A DNA stretch of 64,000 nucleotides, taken from positions 13,587 through 77,586 of the forward strand of contig MCFE01000424.1 of the NCBI GenBank assembly GCA_002104905.1. Reading direction: 5' to 3'. The number at the start of each line of letters is the position of its first letter. The first letter of the stretch is position 1. Origin of the DNA: Basidiobolus meristosporus CBS 931.73. Its lineage: Eukaryota > Fungi > Basidiobolomycota. Below are positions 52,101-61,426 of the stretch, in pieces. A program made the position numbers and the translations under genes. The notes below the pieces were generated by a model, which was not told the DNA's origin, searched no databases, and was given only the letters and a program-made list of their open reading frames with translations.

Positions 52101-55100
52101 GTAAGGCATATAGACTCAACAATACCAAAGTAAAGAAACTGATCAAGTCCAGGGATGTGTTGTTTGATGAGAATTCAAAATTTTAACAAAAAATGACATC
52201 AGATGATGACAAAAATTTGATCTCAAGTCCACCAATTGTCAGGATTGAATCAGAGCAAAACAATGAGAATTTTTTCACTCCAGAGGACTGTACAACCATG
52301 GTTCAGCCAGAATTAGTGCCCAGGAATATCCCAGAAGTAATCATTCCAGTATCAAATGCCCAGAGATCCAATCAGACAAGAAATAGCCCAAATCACTATA
52401 TCAATGAGGGTACAAACTTAACCCATGCCTATTCAGTCCATATTGATGAACCCCAGACTGTAAAAGAGGCCCTAAATAGCCCTCAGACAAAGTTTTGGAG
52501 ATTTGCAATGACTGAGGAATATCAGGCCTTGATGGAAAATCAAACTTGGGACTTAGTCAAATTACCAATCAACCAAAAATCAACTGGATGCAGATAGGTC
52601 TTCAAGACAAAATACAAGGCTGATGGTACAATTGAGAGATACAGAGCAAGACTTGTAGCCAAAGGATACTCTCAAACAAAAGGACTTGACTATACTGAGA
52701 CCTTTGCACTGGTAGCCAAGTTTAATTCCATCAGATTAATTTTGGCTATTGCAGCCAAATATAAGTTTTTTATTCATCAAATGGATGTAAAAACTGCATT
52801 TTTGAATGGCAACTTCATGAGGATGTGTATATGGACCAGCCTGATGAGTTTATTGACCAAGATAACCCCCATTTGGTCTGCAAGCTTAAAAAGTCACTAT
52901 ATGGTCTCAAACAATCACCAAGAGCCTGGAATTGCAAGATAGATTCTTATTTGTAATCCTTGAGTTTCAAAAGGAGTAATGCTGACCATAGTATATACTA
53001 TAGGCCAGATAGAGCAAATCCAGTTCTATTAGCTCTATATGTGGATGATCTTATTATAGCCACCAATTACCTAGAAACATTGGAAGAGACTAAATCCAGC
53101 CTATCTAAGGAGTTCAAGATGTCTGATATAGGAGAACTTAGTTACTACTTATGGATTAAGTACTCCATAGACAGAAACACCCAGACTATCACCCTCAATC
53201 AATCCAAGTATATTCAAGATATACTAAAGAAGTACAAAATGGAAGACTGTAAGCCAGCAGCTACCCCAATGGAGACAAGCCTTAACTTGGTCAAAATTCA
53301 CCCATATCAAGAGAGCTTCATGCCATCTGAAAGCCCTGACTTTCCTTATCAATCTATGGTTGGCTGTCTGATGTATATCATGCTTGGAACATGTCCAGAT
53401 ATCTCATATTCAGTGGGAGTTGTCAGCCAACATAATCAGAACTATGGATCTGATCATATTGCAGCAGTTAAGCGGATTTTTAGATACCTAAAAGGAACTG
53501 CTGATATTTGCTTAAGATACACTTATAAGGATTCCGAACAGGATCTTGTGGAATACTCTGATGCTGATTGGGGACAACATTTAGAAGACAGAAGATCCAC
53601 CACAGGATACACCTTTCTTTACTGTAAAGGAGCAATTTCATGGAATTTAAGAAAGCAACCAACTGTAGCACTTTCTACCACAGAGGCAGAGTACATGGCA
53701 GCCTGCAAAGCTACAAAAGAAGCAATGTGGTTAAGAAAGCTGTTTACAGATTTAGGTCTATGTCAAAAAACGCCTATTACTTTATTTCAAGGTAATCAAG
53801 GATGTATACAATTAGGTAGAAATCCAACTTTTCATGCTAGAACCAAGCACACAGATATTAGACATCATTTCATACGTGAAGCTATAGAGAATAACTTAGT
53901 TAGCTTAGTCTACTGTCCTACAGAAGAAATGATTGCAGACATATTTACCAAACCATTAGCTAGAGACAAGTTTGAATATCTTAAGTCAAAATTAGGACTA
54001 GTCAGTATGAGCATTTAGCTGAGCAGGAGTGTTGTAAAAGTTTGTATTTCCACCTAAATATTCACCTAACTTAGTCACTTAGATCATCACCTTCAAATCC
54101 TAGAGAATACTGACCAAATTCCTTGTTGGGATTTACTTAGAATATTTTCACCAAAATACCAGGTACCCAGAACATGAAAATTCTCAAAGTTGTCCAAACA
54201 ACCCCAAACTTTGCACACATGTTCTTGGGACCTTCCTTAGCCTATTCTACGTGTTTGTGATGCCAAGACCAGGTAAAAGTATAAATACTACTTTTACATT
54301 CAATAAATCATTAAGTGAAAACCACATAATCTACTTGTTCTCCCAATCACTTCCAATATCTCCAAGACTCTTACAACACCTTGAGCTGCATTTGCCTTAA
54401 TGTTAAAGACAAATTGCTAATTCAATGCTCAAGAGCAAAAAACGGCAAAGAATGCCTGGAAGGCATTAGAAGACACCTACCAGTCATGTTCAGCTGCTAA
54501 GAAGATGTATCTGAGACAAAAATTCTTTACTACAAAGATGCTGCCAGGAGAAGAAATGAAAAATCTAAGTAACAGAATTGCCCTGCTGGTAGATGAGATG
54601 GAATCTGTGGGTGTACCAACTACTTATGAGGATGTGATAGTTGCCATCCTGAATAGCCTGAAAGACAAGTTTCAGGGCCTTGTATCAGCCCTAGAGTCCA
54701 GAACTGAAGATTTGACCTTAAATTATGTATATGGAAGGCTTCTAGATGAAGAATTAAGAAAATCAAGTGCTAATAAGAAGTAAGAAGAAAATGCTTTAAT
54801 AAACAATGATAACCAACAAAGGAGGTACCCAAGGCCCTACAATGGCAACAGCAACCTGTTTTGTAACTACTGCAAAAGGAAAGGACACACATCAGACTGG
54901 TGTCTCAAAAAGAAAGACAATCATCAAAAGAAGCCTGAATATGGAAATGCTGCAACAACTGAAGATAGACTATTCATATCTGCACTAAATATGACCACAA
55001 ACAAGGATTCTCAGACGTGGTATATAGACTCTGGAGCTTCTCAACACTTTACACACCAAAAAGAACTTTTTACCCAATACCAAGAAATTCCAATTAAGAA

Positions 55101-58100
55101 GGTTTTCATGGGTGACAATAGTACACTTGATGCAGCGGGAGAAGGAACTATCCAAGTAAACCTTAGAAGCAGTGAAGGAAGCCATACACTGACCTTTGAA
55201 GAAGTACTCTATATACCAGAAATAGCCAAGAACCTACTCTCTGTAAGCAAGGCCACAACAGAAGGACTTGACTTCAGCTTTGACAATTCTGGATGCAGGA
55301 TCACTGATCAAAATGGTGCCCATATTGATTCAGGCATCAGAGATCACAATCTATACAAGTTGACATATATTTCATCATATTTGGAAGCCAATATAAGTAA
55401 CTTAAATGAAGAAACACCAATGCTTTGGCACAGGAGATTTGAGCGCATCAATTTTGATTATTTGAGCAAAATGATCAAAGATCAGCTAATATCTGGAGTC
55501 AAAACTGATCCCCCAGCTAATTTGGAGTACTGTGAACCTGCATATATGGGAAACATGCCAGACAACCGTTCAAGAGCTCTGGGTTGATCAAAGCTGAGAA
55601 AAAATTAGATCTAATTCACTCTGATCTGTGTGGACCTATGCAAAATTTATCCTTGGGTGGGATGAAGCATTTAATCACTTTTATTGATGATTATACAAGA
55701 TACACATGGGTCTACTTCATGGAGAGAAAGGAAGAAGCTCTGTCTAAGCTCAGGGAGTTTAAAGCCATGGTGGAGAGAGAAACTGGTGAAAAAATCAAGA
55801 AAATACGCTCCGACAATGGTGGAGAATATACCTCAAAACTCTTCATCCACTTCAGCAAAATTCATGGGATAAAGCAAGAGACTACTGTACCATACTCCCC
55901 ACAGCAAAATGGAGTAGCAGAACAAGCTAACAGATCAATAATTGATATGGCAAGATCTATGATCTAGGATCAAAAATTATCCTATGATTTTTGGGTGGAA
56001 TCAGTTGTCACTGCTGTAGATCCTAAAAACAGGAGTTATAACAGAATACTTTGTAATTCTACTTCATTTGAAGCATGGTATGGATATGGACCAAGTGCAG
56101 AACATCTAAGAATATTTGGGTGTACAGCATATGCCAAAAAACTGCCCGGAAATCAGTCAAAATTTGAGCCAAAAAGTGTAAAGTGCATATTTTTGGGCTA
56201 CTGCAATGAGAGTAAGGCATACAGACTCTACAATACTAAAGCAAAGAAACTGATCAAGTCTGGGTATGTGTTGTTTGATGAAATTCAAAATTTTTACAAA
56301 AAATGACATCAGATGATGACAAAAATTTGATCTCAAGTCCACCAATTGTCAGGATTGAATCAGAGTAAAACAATGAGAATTTTTTATTCCAGAGGACTCT
56401 ACAACCATGGTTTGGCCAGAATCAGTGCCCAGGAATATCCCAGAAGTGATCATTCCAGTATCAAATGCCCAGAGATCCAATCAGACAAGAAATAGCCCAA
56501 ATCACTATATCAATGAGGGTTCAAACTTAGCCTATGCCTATTCAGTCCATATTGATGAGCCCCAGACTGTAAAAGAGGTCCTAAATAGCCCTCAGACAAA
56601 GTTTTGGAGATTTGCAATGACTGAGGAATATCAGGCCCTGATGGAATATCAAACTTGGGACTTGATCAAATTACCAATCAACCAAAAATCAATTGGATGC
56701 AGATGGGTCTTCAAGACAAAATACAAGGCTGATGGTACAATTGAGAGATACAAAGCAAGACTTGTAGCCAAAAGATACTCTCAAACAAAAGGACTTGACT
56801 ATACTGAGACCTTTGCACTGGTAGCCAAGTTTAATTCCATCAGATTAATATTGGCTATTGCAGCCAAATATAAGTTTTTTATTCATCAAGTGGATGTAAA
56901 AACTGCATTTTTGAATGGCAAACTTCATGAGGATGTGTATATGGACCAGCCTGATGGGTTTGTTGACCAAGATAACCCCCATTTGGTCTGCAAGCTTAAA
57001 AAGTCACTATATGGTCTCAAACAATCACCAAGAGTCTGGAGTTGCAAGATGGATTCATATTTGGAATCTTTGAGTTTCAAAAGGAGTAATGCTGGCCATA
57101 GTATATAATATAAGCCAGATAGAGCAAATCCAGTTCTATTAGCTCTATATGTGGATGATCTTATTATAGCCACCAATAACCTAGAAACATTGGAAGAGAC
57201 TAAATCCAGCCTATCTAAGGAGTTCAAGATGTCCAATCTATGAGAACTTAATTACTACTTAGGGATTAAGTTCTCCATAGACAGAAGTACTCAGACTATC
57301 ACCCTAAGTCAATCCAAGCATATTCAAGATATACTAAAGTAGTACCAAATGGAAGACTGTAAACCGGCAGCTACCCCGATGGAAACAAACCTTAACATGG
57401 TCAAAACTCAACCAAATCAAGAGAGCTTGGTGCCATCTGAAAGCCCTGACTTTCCTTATCAGTCTATGGTTGGCTGTCTAATGTATATCATGCTTGGAAC
57501 ACGTCCTGATATCTCATATTCAGAGGGATTTGTCAGCCAACATAATCAGAACTACGGATCTGATCACATTGCAGCAGTTAAGCGGATTTTTAGATACCTA
57601 AAAGGAACTGCTGATATCTGCTTAAGATACACTTATAAGGATTCCGAGCAGGATCTTGTGGAATACTCTGATGCTGATTGGGGACAAAATTTAGAAGACA
57701 GAAGATCCACCACAGGATACACCTTTCTTTACTGTAAAGGAGCAATTTCATGGAATTCAAGAAAGCAGCCAACCATAGCACTTTCCATCACAGAGGCAGA
57801 GTATATGGCAGCCTGTGAAGCTAAAAAAGAAGCAATGTAGTTAAGATAACTTTTTACAGATTTAGGCCTATGTTAAAAAACGCCTATTACTTTATTTCAA
57901 GATAATCAAGGATGTATATAATTAGGTAGAAATCCAATTTTTCATGCTAGAACCAAGCACACAGATATTAGACATCATTTCACACATGAAGCTATAGAGA
58001 GTAACCTAGATAGCTTAGCTTACTATCCTACAGATGAAATGATTGCAGACATATTTACCAAACCATTAGCTAGAGACAAGTTTGAATATCTTAAGTCAAA

Positions 58101-58488
58101 ATTAGGACTAGTCAGTATGAGCATTTAGCTGAGCAGGAGTGTTGTAAAAGTTTGTATTTCCACCTAAATATTCACCTAACTTAGTCACTTAGATCATCAC
58201 CTTCAAATCCTAGAGAATACTGACCAAACTCCTTGTTGGGATATACTTCGAATATTTTGACCAAAATACCAGGTACCCAGAACAGGATAATTCTCAAAGT
58301 TGTCCAAACAGCCCCAAGCTTTGCACACATGTTCTTGGGACCTTCCTTAATCTATTCTACATGTTTGTATTGCCAAGACCAGATAAAAGTATAAATACTA
58401 CTTTTACATTCAATAAATCATTAAGTGAAAACCACATAATCTACTTGTTCTCCCAATCACTTCCAATATCTCCAAGACTCTTACAACA
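49120..58488 (+). mobile_element. Outer Ty1/copia element (~4.68 kb without the insert), decayed; LTRs 49120-49468 and 58140-58488
   Basis: Paired 349-bp LTRs share diagnostic CAGAACAGGATAATTC; PBS GGTTATGAGCCC 49469-80; PPT GAGCAGGAG before the 3' LTR; gag-PR-IN-RT-RH order ([58 protein letters not shown]); stops and frameshifts; flanks GTCCT/GTCTT. Confidence 0.95.
49698..54378 (+). mobile_element. Inner Ty1/copia element (4681 bp) of the same family inserted in the gag of the outer copy; LTRs 49698-50045 and 54030-54378
   Basis: 5-bp TSD CCTTT (49693-97) / CCTTG (54379-83); outer gag resumes in register; LTR pair shares CAGAACATGAAAATTC; PBS 50046-57; PPT 54021-29; full gag-pol with several stops and frameshifts. 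Confidence 0.96.
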
Positions 58489-58716
58489 GTCTTGAGGAAG
58501 CAGGAACCGACTTTCTGACAGCTTCAGAGTAGGAAGAGTAATCAGGAGCAGATGATTCTTGGGGAGTCTTGTTGGCAGGAAGAGTTGACACAGGGACAAT
58601 AGATTCTTGCAGATCAGAGAAGGCAGAAAATAGCAATTGAACTAGTTTCTTGAGTAGAGCATTTTCAGCTTCAACAAGTGCAAGCCTTTCCTCAAGGACA
58701 GATATCTGAAGGGAAT
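58489..58716 (-). mobile_element. Fragment resembling non-LTR ORF1 (coiled coil, linker, SYSEAVRK)
   Basis: Open minus frame HSLQISVLEERLALVEAENALLKKLVQLL..PDYSSYSEAVRKSVPASSR; its stop comes from the adjoining LTR; same strand as the LINE array. Family membership is not provable in this window. Confidence 0.4.
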
Positions 58717-58782
58717 GGGTTAGGGGGAGGAAAGTCACCAAGTGGTGAAATCTTTATTTACTTATGACAAGTATCTAAAGAA
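58717..58782 (-). mobile_element. 66-bp 3'-end stub of a related but distinct non-LTR family
   Basis: Minus strand ..AAGTAAATAAAGATTTCACCACTTGGTGACTTTCCTCCCCCTAACCC; shares the terminal ~45 nt with the main family but differs in the hairpin loop and upstream. Confidence 0.7.
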
Positions 58783-59126
58783 GGGTTAGGGGGGAGACAG
58801 TCACCAACAGGTGAAATCTTTATTTCAGTTGAAACAAAGAAGCCAGCGCTACTGTTGTAGCTTTGATACAAGAGTGTGTAGCTGAGGGGAACTTGTAGGT
58901 AAGTTAATAGGAAGTGATGATAGTTCTTCAGCGCTCAAGACACTGTTCAGTGGGAAGGGGGGTAGCAAGAGAGGTAAGAATGACTTGTGAACAACATTAA
59001 TGAGGGGAATGTGATAAGGATTGATATTCATCATAAAGGGAATGTGCTGCTGCAGATATTGCTGCCAAAGGTCTGTCAAGTACTTCAGGTAGGCCAGCTT
59101 GGGTTTTTCTGAGTGCAGAATATAGT
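58783..59126 (-). mobile_element. 5'-truncated LINE copy (344 bp)
   Basis: Near-identical to the 3' 340 bp of the longer copies; starts GGGTTAGGGGGG on +; 4 extra bases (TAGT) at its 5' junction. Confidence 0.95.
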
Positions 59127-61404
59127 GGGTTAGGGGGGAGACAGTCACCAACAGGTGAAATCTTTATTTCAGTTGAAACAAAGAAGCCAGCGCTACTGTT
59201 GTAGCTTTGATACAAGAGTGTGTAGCTGAGGGGAATTTGTAGGTAAGTTAATAAGAAGTGATGATAGTTCTTCAGTGCTCAAGACACTGTTCAATGGGAA
59301 GGGGGGTAGCAAGAGAGGTAAGAATGACTTGTGAACAACATTAATGAGGGGAATGTGATAAGGATTGATATTCATCATAAAGGGAGTGTGCTGCTGCAGA
59401 TATTGCTGCCAAAGGTCTGTCAAGTACTTCAGGTAGGCCAGCTTGGGTTTTTCTGACTGCAGAATAAATTCAGCAAACTTCTTGACTTCAGGATCTCCAA
59501 GTATAGTTCTCCAGCAGGAGCCAGGTGTTGTGTGGTGTGTTCTCTTCCAGGCCTTAATCAGTGGGTTATTGCAGTTGTGAAGTCTGAGGTATAATCTGGT
59601 TCTAAGGTAGAGAAGTCTGATCTTATAGGGCATAAACCCAAAAGCACCAAGAATGGCATGTCTGTAGGGGCATTCAGGCAAATGAGGCACCAAGGAGGTA
59701 ATGCACCATACTGCAAACTTGTCAAGCTTAGTGCAGTCTCTAGAAGTAAGAGAGAGAAGTGGTAAGCCAAATTCCAGGACAGGGAAGACAAACTGCTTGA
59801 GTAGAAGAAGGCAGCTGGGAGCTGAAGTTGTAGGAGGAGTAACAGCCAGTAGCTTGTGGAGTGCCTGTCTTGCCAGGATAATTCTCTTCTTCAGGTGTGC
59901 TCCAGAGTCTAGTCCAGTAGGAAGGAAAGGAAAGCCAAGATATGTAGCAGAAACCTGAGCAGGTAGAGTGGAGTTCTCCAAGTTGATGGGAGAGCCCAAA
60001 GGTACTGTCTTTGCAATGGAAAGCTGGAGATTATTCTTCTGCAGATACTGGTGGATGGTCTGGGAGTCTTGTTGCACATTGGAGGAGGATATTCTGATGT
60101 CATCAGCAAAGAGAGTAACCAGGCAGTCAGCTGAGAGTCTTGGGAAATCATTCAGGAAGATGGCAAACAGTATAGGACCAAGCACAGAGCCTTGAACCAC
60201 TCCATTAGGAACTGAGAATACAGCTGATTGCTCACTTGGGTGCAGAATTCTTGCTTGTTGATCCAGAAACAGAGACCTGACAAGGAGGGTGAGAGAGGTA
60301 CTGGAGAAGCATTGCAACTTGGACCAAAGCAGATTTCTGTCAACTGAATCAAAGGCCTTAGTAATATCAAACAGAACTGAGGGATACTTGCACTGGAGAG
60401 AGTGATCTTGGCTAAGTATGACTGCATATTCCAAGGAGAGGCCAGGAACAAAGCCAAGCTGTGCAGGATGAAACTTGAGGGAGTCAGAGTAGAGCTCCTG
60501 AGTAAGCAGAAGCTCAAACACCTTTCTGCAGGTGGGCAGCAGAGATATTGGCCTGTAGGAGCTCGGATCCAGGTGCTTTCCTTTACCCTTGTACAGTGGC
60601 AGAACATTTGCAAAGGACCATTCCTCAGGAGTAGAAAGCTGGGCTGAGCATTGCTGAAACAGTGGAAGCAGAAGTGCAGACATGGCCTTGGTACTAGTCT
60701 TCAGAGGCTCATAGGAGATTGTGTCCACACCTGGGGCAGTAGAGTTGGGAAGCCTCTTGAGCACATTATGGATTCTCCTTTGATCAAGTGCAAGTGGGAT
60801 GGGCAGAGTCTTGAAGGCAGGATGAAAGCCAGGAGTTGAGTACTGCTTTGTAGAGAAGAAGATGTTAGCCAGCTGTTCTGTTGAAGGTGACTTCCTGGAA
60901 GAGGGCCTCATTGCCCTGTAGAGTCTTGATACTGTTCTTGTTATAGAGTTGGAAGATTGCAGAGGCAAGGAACTCATAATATGATCCCAGAGCTGCGTAT
61001 GCAGAGTGTGGTGAATTGCCTTGGAGTGGTGTATTGCTGTCAGGAGGAGTTTCTCTGTTTTTGGGTTAGGGAAACTCAGGTAGCTTTGTTGCAGGGCTGA
61101 AACAATGGATTCCCATTTTCTTGAGGTAACAGCAGTAGTCTTGCATGGCAGTGAGAGGGAGGCAGACACCAGAATCAGATGCTTCACAAAGAGCCAGGCA
61201 TAGTTGAGATTGTCTGGCAGAGAAAGTAGCAAACTGGCAAGCTTCAAGTAGTTCCCAAAGTCTTTCTTCTGATTCTTGGTAGCTTTGTGGGTGAGCACAG
61301 CAAGTTTTGGCAGCTTCTTCTTCACAACTGGTTGCATAGAAAGGGACCAGGCTGGGTGGTCAGAGGCTCTCAAGGATCCTAGCTCAGCTCCAGAGAATTG
61401 CTTA
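59127..61404 (-). mobile_element. 5'-truncated LINE copy (2278 bp) with intact RT frame, most of the endonuclease lost
   Basis: Open frame 59193-61404: SDH, STAPGVDTI, LYKGKG..YRPISLLPT, QLGFVPG, FDITKAFDSV, GVVQGSVLGPILF, LFADD, TYLGF; about 99% identical to the distal copy by eye. Confidence 0.96.
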
Positions 61405-61426
61405 GGGTTAGGGTTTAGGGTTAGGG
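61402..61426 (+). repeat. Interstitial telomeric tract TTAGGG TTAGGG TTTAGGG TTAGGG between two LINE copies
   Basis: Read directly: c-ttaggg-ttaggg-tttaggg-ttaggg-ggg-agacag. Confidence 0.95.

Noticed and set aside
58717-59160. Recurring GGGTTAGGG..GTCACC..GGTGAAATCTTTATTT units as a CRISPR array
   Set aside because: Spacings are 66, 344 and ~2290 bp, the intervening sequences are homologous LINE pieces, there are no cas genes and the context is eukaryotic.
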